Of a DNA stretch of 64,000 bases, positions 30,897 to 39,697 are shown piece after piece. Each line of letters starts with the position of its first letter. Position 1 is the first letter of the stretch. Source of the DNA: an uncultured delta proteobacterium (GTDB taxonomy: Bacteria; Desulfobacterota; RBG-13-43-22); assembly GCA_963843145.1 (NCBI GenBank), contig CAWJJC010000025.1:1-64000 (forward strand), read 5' to 3'. The position numbers and the translations under genes were made by a program. The notes under the pieces were generated by a model. It saw nothing but the letters and a program-made list of their open reading frames with translations, was not told where the DNA came from and searched no databases.

Positions 30897-31799
30897 ATGA
30901 ACGAAATTCATTTTGAGGTTATCATCCTGGGAACCGGACCGGCCGGTCTGCAAGCGGCTATTCATGCGGCCCGAACCAAAGTATCGGTCCTGGTCCTGGG
31001 CCGGCAGCCGAAAAGCAGCCTGTTCAAAGCCCACATTGAAAACTACTGCTGCCTGCCAGGGGTAACCGGGGAATCGCTGCTTTTGGAAGGGCATCGGCAG
31101 GCCGAGCGTTCCGGCGCCCGGTTTCTTGACGAGGACGTATTGGACATCGAAGGCCAGACCCCGGAATTCAAGGTCCGAACCGAGGCCGGTGAAATCTTCA
31201 GCGCCAAGGCCCTGATCCTCAGCATGGGTATTTCCCGGAACAAACTGGGCGTTCCCGGAGAAAAGGAGCTCCTCGGGAAGGGGGTCAGCTACTGCGTGGA
31301 ATGCGACGCCAATTTCTACCGGGATCTGCCGGTGGCCGTGGTGGGCGGGGAAAGCGCGGCGGCCGGCGGCGCCTTAACCCTCCTGTTTTATAGCCCCGAG
31401 GTTCACCTCATCTGCCGGCAGTTGAACGTCGCCGAAAAGCTGGCCCTCCAAATTCGGGAAAGCGCCATTCATTTGCACGAGGGCCGGAGCGTAAATAAAA
31501 TTCAGGGTGCCAGTCGGGTGGAAGGGCTCGTCCTGGATGACGGGTCTTTGGTACCGGTGGAAGGTGTCTTTATCGAACTGGGCGCCAAAGGGGCCATTGG
31601 ACTGGCCGGCAAGCTGGGGGTCCTTTTGGACAGCGAATCCTACCAGTATATCGTGACCAACAAAAATCAGGAAACCAATGTCCCCGGGATCTACGCCGCC
31701 GGGGATATCTGCGGCCCTCCCTGGCAGGTGGCCAAGGCCGTAGGTGAGGGCTGCGTGGCCGGACTCCAGTCCGCGGCCTTCGCCAAAAAGCTGCGCTAA
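30897..31799 (+). CDS. Thioredoxin-reductase-like flavoprotein
   Basis: GTGPAG, GKGVSYCVECD (CxxC), TNVPGIYAAGD; NADPH-site motifs degenerate. Confidence 0.88.
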   Translation: MNEIHFEVIILGTGPAGLQAAIHAARTKVSVLVLGRQPKSSLFKAHIENYCCLPGVTGESLLLEGHRQAERSGARFLDEDVLDIEGQTPEFKVRTEAGEIFSAKALILSMGISRNKLGVPGEKELLGKGVSYCVECDANFYRDLPVAVVGGESAAAGGALTLLFYSPEVHLICRQLNVAEKLALQIRESAIHLHEGRSVNKIQGASRVEGLVLDDGSLVPVEGVFIELGAKGAIGLAGKLGVLLDSESYQYIVTNKNQETNVPGIYAAGDICGPPWQVAKAVGEGCVAGLQSAAFAKKLR

Positions 31800-31936
31800 G
31801 CTTCCGCCGGCCCCTTACCCTCCCGGTTTTTTATTCAGACCGGCGCCTGCCCCTTTTCTCGTTCCCCTGGCCGAGGGAGCCGGGAAGGGCGCGAAGGGCA
31901 CCCGTTCCGCGCCAGGAGGAGACTCTGAGGAAACGT

Positions 31937-33199
31937 TCAGGAAGAGGACTGGAAAAGATGGAAGGTTTCGTCCACTTGGCGATTAATCAGGGGGATCAGT
32001 TTCCCCAAAAATCCGGCGGGCAAACTCAAGAATTCAAAGACGTCCACCACCCCGGGGTTTACCAGATGCTCTCCGCTGCTTCCATAACCCAGGGCATTCA
32101 CCAAATTATCGGCCAGATTAACCACGACGGCGTCCACCGAGGGAGGATAATTCAACGGATCGTGATGACCGCCAATGGCCTGTTGCAGGCTTAAGGGAAG
32201 TTTCCATTTTTCCGCCAGGGCCAATCCGACCTGGAGGTGATCAAAGCCCAAAAACGTTTGCTCCATCAGATAATGAAACGACTGGGCCCGTCCGGCCTGG
32301 GTTAAGGCAGCCGAGGCCTCCCGGGGATGGTTTCTAAAAATAATGAGCTTCCCCAGGTCGTGAAGCAGTCCGGAAATAAACAGTTGTTCGATGTTAAGAA
32401 AATTTTTATAGCTGGCGATCAAGCGGGCGGTTATTCCGCAAGCCAGGCTGTGTTCCCAAAACCAGCCCATATTCATGAGTGCCGAAGGGATATCCCGAAA
32501 TAAGGCAATAACCGAAGTCCCCAGGGTCAGGAGGTGCAACTGATCGCTGCCCACCAGGGCTACCGCTCGGGAAATGGTGTCCACCTGCTTGGGAAACCCA
32601 TAGAAAGCGCTATTGACAATCCTTAACAGTTTGGCGGAAAGGTTGGGATCCTTGCTGATTACCTCGGCTATCTGAAAAGCGGAACTACGGGGGTTGTTGA
32701 TGACCACCTCAATCTGGTAAAAAATCTCCGGCAGGGAGACCAGTTCCAGGTCCGGACCGATCAAGGATCGAGGATCGCCGAGAAAGGCTTGATAGGTAGG
32801 AGAGGGTTCCTCCGTCGTCAAACCGGAAGGTGGCCCGCTTTCCGAGTCCGGAGCGGACCAATCTTTTTGATCGGAAAATTCCAGGTTTGCCGCGGCCAAC
32901 CGATACAGCTCCTGGATGATCGGGTGGTCCGGATCGCATTTGGAAAACCTTTTTTCCCAGGGAGCTTTTTCTCCGCCATGGTGAATATCCGGAACCGCAG
33001 GCGAGGTTTCGCCGGAACCGGGCAACGGTTTAAGGGTCTCCAGAATATCGACTTCCTTCACCCCTCCAACCCTAACCAACCGTAAATGCTCAAAATCGAG
33101 GATGGTGCCTTTTTTCAGCAGCAGCCGGCCATCCGGTAGATGGATATCTTCTCCCAGGACCATCCCAGGATTGAGAGCGCCACTATTGACCTTGGTCAT
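31937..33199 (-). CDS. HDOD domain signalling protein
   Basis: LPEI, DPNLSAKLLRIVNSAFYG, WEHSL, GLLHDLGK, W.LP...HH. Confidence 0.9.
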   Translation of the reverse strand: MTKVNSGALNPGMVLGEDIHLPDGRLLLKKGTILDFEHLRLVRVGGVKEVDILETLKPLPGSGETSPAVPDIHHGGEKAPWEKRFSKCDPDHPIIQELYRLAAANLEFSDQKDWSAPDSESGPPSGLTTEEPSPTYQAFLGDPRSLIGPDLELVSLPEIFYQIEVVINNPRSSAFQIAEVISKDPNLSAKLLRIVNSAFYGFPKQVDTISRAVALVGSDQLHLLTLGTSVIALFRDIPSALMNMGWFWEHSLACGITARLIASYKNFLNIEQLFISGLLHDLGKLIIFRNHPREASAALTQAGRAQSFHYLMEQTFLGFDHLQVGLALAEKWKLPLSLQQAIGGHHDPLNYPPSVDAVVVNLADNLVNALGYGSSGEHLVNPGVVDVFEFLSLPAGFLGKLIPLINRQVDETFHLFQSSS

Positions 33200-33653
33200 C
33201 GCTAAAAAAACCCCTTCTGATAGGATTCATCGAAAGAAAAGTAAAAAACTTAAAGGAAAACTCCCTAAAGATTTTGCACCAAGGGATGGTGATATTTATT
33301 ATTATCTAAATTTAATTGGTTTTTCAATTCTAATCGATCTCAGGGTGGAGGGCTGTCGGGTTTTCCCTGGTGGAGGGAACCATATCCCCCGCCTATCCGG
33401 CCGGCGGGGTCCGGCTACGGGACTCTCCTTCAACCTTTGCCTCCTCCATAGCCTGGATATTAAATAGCATTTAGATCTGGGAAAGGGGATTTACCGGGAA
33501 AAGGTGGGAAGTGGCGGTAATAATTAAAGAGATTAAGACGTGGGGTCATATTTTTCCGAGATTAAATGCTATCTTAAGATCCTCAATTAGACCGCTTTAT
33601 TGCACGTAATTTTGGAAAGAATGAACTAATTACAAGCACTGAACTTTTTTCAA

Positions 33654-33710
33654 TCACAACGTCAAAATAAGCCAGCGTTGCAGGCGATCGGCTGGATTGA
33701 TTTGTTAGGT
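33654..33710 (-). mobile_element. Solitary integron attC-like recombination site
   Basis: Minus strand ACCTAAC (RYYYAAC)-AAATCAATCCAGCCGATCG-CCTGCAA-CGCTGGCTTATTTTGAC-GTT; imperfect hairpin; an upstream open frame ends on the TAA of RYYYAAC. Confidence 0.7.
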
Positions 33711-34073
33711 TGACTCAATACTTCCTCCCTGCCTAAATTTATCTTTCATCGCTATGTTCTCTGTCGGTAACGACCTATCATAGACAAGGGTCAAGAATTC
33801 GTAGATTTCCCTAAGCGTCGAGGCCAACGACTCTCTTGTGGCCACAAAGAACGAGTTGATAGGTATTAGGCGGACGAAATTTCTGTATTCCCTTCAAATT
33901 TTGGCCTATCCTGGTAAAATACGCGGGAAATGATTATGTTATGCAAAAGACGAAGTCAGGAAACCATAAATAGTCTTGAGGGGGAGTTTTAACTTTTTTG
34001 TCCATTTAAAAGTCTTATCAAAAGAACCGGAGCAAACCAGTTGCTCGCTTCAATCTAGCGGGGAGAATAAAAT

Positions 34074-34526
34074 ATGAAAAAAATCATCTGTTTGTTAAGC
34101 CTCCTTTTTTTGTTGACCATAATAGTGTCACCGAATCAGGCAGAGGCTGACCGTGGGGGTGGAGGTTTCGGTAGTCATGGAGGATTTAGCGGTGGCCACA
34201 GAGGGTTCTCTGGCGGCCACGGAGGGTTTCATAACCGAGGCCATTTCTACGGAGGTCCGCGGGTCTTTTTCGGCGGATACTTTGGCTTCCCCTACTACTA
34301 TCCATACGATTATTATCCTTACCCCTATTACTATCCTTACTCCGATCCATCTCCTTATTACCCGGATGCGGTTACCCAGCCTCCCGCCTACGCCGAACCG
34401 GAGCCAGACCCCTATTGGTACTACTGCCAGGCTCCCCCAGGGTATTACCCCTACGTTACAAGCTGTCCGGGTGGGTGGACGAGGGTGGTTCCGACTCCTC
34501 CCCCGTCGGAAAAAGAAAGGAGATAG
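34074..34526 (+). CDS. Exported Gly/His- and Tyr/Pro-rich protein with WYYC..P.GYYPYV..CP..W motif
   Basis: GGAG RBS, signal peptide, GGF/GGH repeats, YYPY repeats, two-Cys tail. Confidence 0.8.
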   Translation: MKKIICLLSLLFLLTIIVSPNQAEADRGGGGFGSHGGFSGGHRGFSGGHGGFHNRGHFYGGPRVFFGGYFGFPYYYPYDYYPYPYYYPYSDPSPYYPDAVTQPPAYAEPEPDPYWYYCQAPPGYYPYVTSCPGGWTRVVPTPPPSEKERR

Positions 34527-34527
34527 T

Positions 34528-35172
34528 ATGAATTGGAAACCAGGTCTTCTCGTCCTCTTCCCGGTCCTGGTCCTGAGCGGATGCGCCACCATGCCGATAG
34601 GACCGACCGTCACGGTGATGCCGAACCCGGGAAAGCCCTTTGAAGTGTTCATGGCCGATGACGGCGTCTGCCGAGAGTGGGCTCAGCAGCAGATCGGGGG
34701 AACATCGCCAAGTCAAACCGCCAATGAAAACCTAGCCACCGGAGCGGCCGTTGGAACGGTGGTCGGGGCCGGTCTGGGTGCTTTGGTCGGTGCGGCCACG
34801 GGTAACGCGGGCGCCGGTGCGGCCATCGGAGCCGGTGCCGGTCTTCTCGGCGGAACCTCCATCGGAGGCAGCGCTGGCGCTTCTTCCGGGTATCAGCTCC
34901 AGAGGCGCTACGACATTGCCTATCAGCAATGCATGTATGCCAAGGGAAACCAGATCCCCGGTGTCGCCCGCCGTCCGACGCGGACCTACACACCACCCCC
35001 ACCCCCACCGGCTTATAGTGAAGGGGTATGGTTCACCGTACCGGGGCATTATATAAACGAAAAATGGGTCCCCGAACGTCGAGTCCGGGTCCCCTCGGAT
35101 TCCAAAAACCAGGTCCCGGCCCCCAGGCCACCTGCTTCACAACCGGGGCCTTCCGCACCGGCATCTCCATGA
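34528..35172 (+). CDS. Glycine-zipper lipoprotein
   Basis: AAGGAG RBS, lipobox LSGC, GAAVGTVVGAGLGALVGAATG zipper, C..WA and YQQCMYAKG. Confidence 0.85.
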   Translation: MNWKPGLLVLFPVLVLSGCATMPIGPTVTVMPNPGKPFEVFMADDGVCREWAQQQIGGTSPSQTANENLATGAAVGTVVGAGLGALVGAATGNAGAGAAIGAGAGLLGGTSIGGSAGASSGYQLQRRYDIAYQQCMYAKGNQIPGVARRPTRTYTPPPPPPAYSEGVWFTVPGHYINEKWVPERRVRVPSDSKNQVPAPRPPASQPGPSAPASP

Positions 35173-35315
35173 AGATCCCCGCGAGAAGCAGCGGACTCAC
35201 TTTAATCCCCCGACCTTGGAGGCCAGGGGTATAAAATATATACCTGGAGATAATAAAAAATGGCTCTTATGGGCTGTCCTGTAAAGAAAACTACCTACTG
35301 GAAGGAGGCCATACA

Positions 35316-36212
35316 TTGAAAAAGTTGCTTTGGGGAACAATGCTTTTTGCGCTGCTAATTGTCCTTCCAATTTCAACGAGGGCAGCGGCAAATATTTACG
35401 TCGATATTTCTCTGCCTCCACCCATCGTCTTTCAGGCGCCTCCGCAGGTGATCGTGCTACCCGATACCCATGATGTTTACGTGGTTCCTACTATAGATGT
35501 AGATCTGTTTTTCTGGAATGGTTGGTGGTGGCGTCTATGGGAAGGTCGCTGGTACCGCTCACACTATTATGACCGGAGCTGGGGTTATTATGATAGTGTT
35601 CCCAGTTTTTATTTTGAGGTAGACCCGGGTTGGAGAGGATACTACAGAGACCATAATTGGTACGGGCACCGGTGGAATTATGAACGGATTCCTTACCACC
35701 AACTTCAACAGAACTGGAAGAGCTGGCATAATGATCGACATTGGGAAAGGCAAAGAACTTGGGACGTCCAGGGCTATCAACCCCGACCCCAACACCAGCT
35801 ACGGGAACTAAGACAAGAAAGGCAACAGCAATATCAACAGAGGCCAGAGGTTCAGCGACATCCGCCGCAGAGACCACCTCGGGTCCAGCAGCCAGGACAG
35901 GAACCTCAGGAAAGGGTTCAGCCGCTGCCAAGACGGGAGCCAAGACCGCAGGTCCAGCAACCACAGAGACCACCTCGGGTCCAGCAGCCAAGACAGGAAC
36001 CTCAGGAAAGGGTTCAGCCGCTGCCAAGACGAGAGCCAAGACCGCAGGTCCAGCAACCACAGAGACCACCTCGGGTCCAGCAGCCAAGGCAGGAACCTCG
36101 GGAAAGGGTTCAACAGCCGCCAAGACGAGAGCCAAGACCGCAGGTCCAGCAACCACAACACTCTCAGCCTCGGGGAAGACCTGAAGGAGAGGAGGGAGAC
36201 CATAGAAGGTAA
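35316..36212 (+). CDS. Exported Trp/Tyr-rich protein with Gln/Pro/Arg repeat tail
   Basis: GGAGG RBS, signal peptide, PPPIVF.APP, FFWNGWWWRLWEGRWYRS, 3x32-aa repeats. Confidence 0.8.
   Translation: MKKLLWGTMLFALLIVLPISTRAAANIYVDISLPPPIVFQAPPQVIVLPDTHDVYVVPTIDVDLFFWNGWWWRLWEGRWYRSHYYDRSWGYYDSVPSFYFEVDPGWRGYYRDHNWYGHRWNYERIPYHQLQQNWKSWHNDRHWERQRTWDVQGYQPRPQHQLRELRQERQQQYQQRPEVQRHPPQRPPRVQQPGQEPQERVQPLPRREPRPQVQQPQRPPRVQQPRQEPQERVQPLPRREPRPQVQQPQRPPRVQQPRQEPRERVQQPPRREPRPQVQQPQHSQPRGRPEGEEGDHRR
35865..36155 (+). repeat. 96-bp tandem repeat x3 (coding)
   Basis: CAGAGACCACCTCGGGTCCAGCAGCCA recurs at 35868, 35964 and 36060. Confidence 0.95.
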
Positions 36213-36234
36213 GCTGATAAAAGGGGAAACAAGA

Positions 36235-36400
36235 AATTCTCAATTCCCTTTTCGGAAGTCTTGGCCTTGATCCATAACCCCAACCCGGTCCGGTCCGCCC
36301 GGAGACGGACATCAACGACGGTTCTGATCCCTTTGGCCAGGAGAATTGTCAGAAAATCCTTCGGGGCCCGGCCTCCGTACCCAATGGTGTAAAATTTCAT
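36235..36400 (-). pseudogene. Truncated DUF488-family gene (N-terminus only)
   Basis: MKFYTIGYGGR...GIRTVVDVRL motif; similarity is lost after KGIENFL. Confidence 0.65.
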
Positions 36401-36453
36401 AGATTCCACCCTTAGGTTCCTATGGCTTCGAAGTCCCTGGAATAGGGGAAATT

Positions 36454-36723
36454 CTATTTAACATTATCTTTCAGACCCTTCCCGGGGTTGAACTTTGGGA
36501 CCTTTTTTCCGTCAATACTAATTTTCTCTCCCGTTTTCGGATTCCGCCCCTTCCGGGGAGGTTTGTCGACCACGCTGAAGGTTCCAAACCCGGCCAAAGT
36601 CACCCGGTCTCCCTCCTTCAGGGCCTTGGCTATCACTCCAAAGACTGAATCCACCACCACCTCGGCTTCCTTTTTCTTTGAAACGACTTTCGCTAATTCA
36701 TTTACAAGATCCCCTTTGTTCAT
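36454..36723 (-). CDS. hup: HU family DNA-binding protein
   Basis: MNKGDLV, LAGFGTF, GRNPKTGE, PKFNPGKGLK. Confidence 0.95.
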   Translation of the reverse strand: MNKGDLVNELAKVVSKKKEAEVVVDSVFGVIAKALKEGDRVTLAGFGTFSVVDKPPRKGRNPKTGEKISIDGKKVPKFNPGKGLKDNVK

Positions 36724-36962
36724 CAGCAGTCTCCCCTTTCCCGGCTTTTTTTGATTCCGTTGAGTTCACCCGGGAGTATTATGGAGAACTAGATGAAAAT
36801 ATAAAGGAAATAAATCAGTTGGTTTCAGGAGTACTTCCTGCTACTCAAGTCTCAACTACCCCAAAACGGCAGGATTTGTATCGGTAATCAGCTAAAGTCG
36901 CCTCCCATAGATTGATTTTCCATGGCAAAAATTTTCTCCCCGGCATCAAATTGGTGTTCGGA

Positions 36963-37553
36963 TCAAGATGACTTTAGCCTCTTCGTCCAGGCGATCAGGG
37001 CAACAAGCAATTCCCTTATTTTTTCCCTCGTTTTGTCGTCTGTAAGACGGCCATTCTGGTCAATCTTCTGCTCTACAAATGGTACCATGACCTCGGGCTT
37101 ATTTAATGGGTACATGTCCAAAAAGACAAAGCTCTGCCGGAGGTGATATTGAGCCCGTGCCGTGCCGAGCATGCCTATTGATGCGCCCATTACGGCCACT
37201 GGTTTACCGTTCCAGACGTTATCCCCGTAAGGCCGTGAAGCGGAATCGATGGCATTCTTGAGTACACCAGGGATGGAGTAGTTATATTCCGGGGTAACAA
37301 TCAAAATGGCATCGGCCGTCTTAATCTTTTCTTTGAACTCCTTGACCCTGTCTGGGGGTTGGCTTTCAAGATCCTGGTTAAAGGGCGGAATGCCATTGAG
37401 GTCAAAGACTTTAAGTCTGGCATCTTCCGGTACCAACTCTGCCGCCACCCGTAAGAGTGCCTTATTAAAAGAATTTTTTCATAAACTGCCTGCAATCCCG
37501 AGAATCGAAATGGTTTTATCCTTTATCTCTGCTGTTTCTGTGTGTTTTTCCAC
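36963..37553 (-). pseudogene. NADPH-dependent FMN reductase (ChrR/SsuE-like) with in-frame TGA
   Basis: AAGGAG RBS, GTG 37553, ILGIAGSL*KNSFN (TGA at 37479-37481 where the family has GSLR), TPEYNYSIPGVLKNAID. Confidence 0.85.
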
Positions 37554-37657
37554 GAATAAAGTCTCCTTTCTATGTATTCCCAGGCATATCTAAATTTTCT
37601 CTTGACAGGATTAATATAGGATGTCCCCTCTGGCCTCCACTCTTGTCGGGCAAGGGT

Positions 37658-37918
37658 TTAGCCCATCGTTGCGTCTACGTAACAGTAGCGCCAATCCTCA
37701 CCCGGCTCGGCTGACCTGATCACTTCGTGGCCGGTCTTCTGGTAGTGCTTGGTGGCGTGCTTGCCGATTGATGAGTCGCAGCAACCCACGTGACCGCACA
37801 CGAGGCACTTGCGCAGGTGCACCCACGACTGGCCGATCTTGAGGCACTCCTCGCACCCCTGGGTGGGCGCCTTGGGCTCGGGTACCGGAACGCTCTTCAT
37901 GTGTTCACATGTTGACAT
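37658..37918 (-). CDS. UBP-type zinc finger protein
   Basis: CEEC, WVHLRKCLVCGHVGCCDSS..KHA..H, EPGEDW. Confidence 0.92.
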   Translation of the reverse strand: MSTCEHMKSVPVPEPKAPTQGCEECLKIGQSWVHLRKCLVCGHVGCCDSSIGKHATKHYQKTGHEVIRSAEPGEDWRYCYVDATMG

Positions 37919-37974
37919 TGGATTCTCCTCTCAAAGGCTGAAGCTCATCCTTCTGCCATGCGGGCGATCCTCCG

Positions 37975-38892
37975 CTATGCGCGTCGCGCGGGCACAGGTT
38001 TCTTGTAGGTGAACGCCTTCGCATCCCACCGGCCGAGGGTGGTCGCGACACCGTAGACGCCTTCGAGGAAGGCGAGGATCGCCTGACGGGGATCACGGCT
38101 GGTGCGAACAGCCTCGTAGGGCATCACCCACTCACCCATCGCCTCGACCCACCCCGCGTGCTCGGACCCGACCGGGGCGGTCTCGCACCCATCGGGCCGT
38201 GGGACGAGGTAGCCGTAGAAAGCGGGATACGGGGTATTGTCGTCGCCGGGCCAGAAACCGGCGTTCATGTGTTGGGCGTCAAGGTCGTAGCGCATTATGT
38301 AGCCGCGGTCATCTGGCGCCTTTTGATGTTCTCCCGTGAACAGCAGTACTGCGAAGTCGAAGCCGCCCCACCAGAACTGCACGCCGCTACGGCCAAAGAA
38401 CCCCGAGCGAAATTCTGCGAAGACCGAGTTGATCGAGGCGAGAACCCGGCAGAAGCGCTGGGCGTCCCCGGCAACGATCGTGCAGTCGTGTCTGTTCTGT
38501 GAGAATGGTGTGGTATCGGCGAGCTCCTGGGGCTTCTCCCAGATATCGAAGTCGAGGCCCAGGCCGGCGAGGGCATCCCGGAAACCCGACCAGATGTCGG
38601 CGACGCAGCGGCCGGGGCCGAGCGGCACGGTCGCTACGCGGCCGTCGCTCACGCGGATCCAGATGGCGCTGTCGTATACGTCGATGCCCATCGATACGAT
38701 GTCTGTGCCCCGTGGCATCGCAGCCGTGGTGAATCCCCGGCCGTCGAGATAGAGGCACGCGTGAAGCCATTCCGGCTGGGGTGGCGAAAGCGCCAGCCTC
38801 GCTTTGCCGATCATCTGCGCGCACATGTGGAGCGTCTTCTTAGTGGGCATCCACGCCTCGTACGGAAGGGCGGGCCATGCGTCGTGGTTCAT
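37975..38892 (-). CDS. DUF5996-like protein
   Basis: GGAGGT RBS; WPALPY..W..T..TLH...Q..GK, F..FRS.F.GR, FWWGGFD.A, GFWPG, FYGY..P. Confidence 0.8.
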   Translation of the reverse strand: MNHDAWPALPYEAWMPTKKTLHMCAQMIGKARLALSPPQPEWLHACLYLDGRGFTTAAMPRGTDIVSMGIDVYDSAIWIRVSDGRVATVPLGPGRCVADIWSGFRDALAGLGLDFDIWEKPQELADTTPFSQNRHDCTIVAGDAQRFCRVLASINSVFAEFRSGFFGRSGVQFWWGGFDFAVLLFTGEHQKAPDDRGYIMRYDLDAQHMNAGFWPGDDNTPYPAFYGYLVPRPDGCETAPVGSEHAGWVEAMGEWVMPYEAVRTSRDPRQAILAFLEGVYGVATTLGRWDAKAFTYKKPVPARRA

Positions 38893-39697
38893 GATACCTC
38901 CTTGATCACCGCGGGCGATCGTACCCATCCAAACCTTTGGAGATTTATTGGGACTTAATCCCCACGGCCATGTTCTCATTACCGAAGGCTGTTTCCCCAA
39001 ACTAGGTCGCCCGGCCTGTTAAACTAAATCAATGTTCCTCTATTACGTTTTCTATTATAACCTCTTCCTCGGCTTCGTCAAAATGAAATTATGAATAACC
39101 TGGTTATCTTTCCATTTATTGAAATACTCTAGGGATGTCCCATCTGATTGTAGGGCACCCTCTTAAGTTCAACCCGTAATTGCTAATACAAAAACAAGCT
39201 AATAGTGAATAGTAGTATGTGTATTTAAGGAGCGTTGAAATATTATTAAATATCATATAGTTATGAATATCTAAAAGCTAACCTTGGAATCTTTCTTGGC
39301 CTATTTCAGGGGGCGTTTTCCATCCATTCCGGAGCCGATCTATTTTCGATTAAAATCTTCTTAGGGGGTGACAGCACCATGGCCTGTAAGTACCCAATAA
39401 TATTTATATCCTTTATGGGAAACAGACAGGTCACCTCGCTTATTACCGTTGCAAATCCGGAGGTTTTTTGGGGGTTAATAGGGGGAAATAAACATTATAT
39501 TTAAATGGTTAGGTGGTTATATGAAGAAGTGCTTCCTGAAGCCTTGTAAGTTCGATTTGTGAAAAATCCGAGGTGTACAAACAGTATCTAATGAAAATAA
39601 TTTGAGAATTATTGCCTTTATGATAATAAAGGGGAGGACCGCCTTTAAAAATAATTAACAAGTTTTCTTGTTGGCCACCTTTAATCAAGGAGTTACC

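Noticed and set aside
34153-34527. N-terminal extension of ORF 34153-35172
   Set aside because: It overlaps the 34074-34526 gene; the RBS and lipobox place the real start at ATG 34528
35865-36155. Possible CRISPR array
   Set aside because: Contiguous 96-bp coding repeats without unique spacers; no cas genes in the window
37479-37481. Selenocysteine recoding of the in-frame TGA
   Set aside because: The position corresponds to a conserved Arg, not Cys, and no convincing SECIS-like hairpin follows
39481-39508. dif-like site (ATAA...TATATTTAAAT)
   Set aside because: Poor match to XerC/XerD arms and spacer; probably just AT-rich DNA
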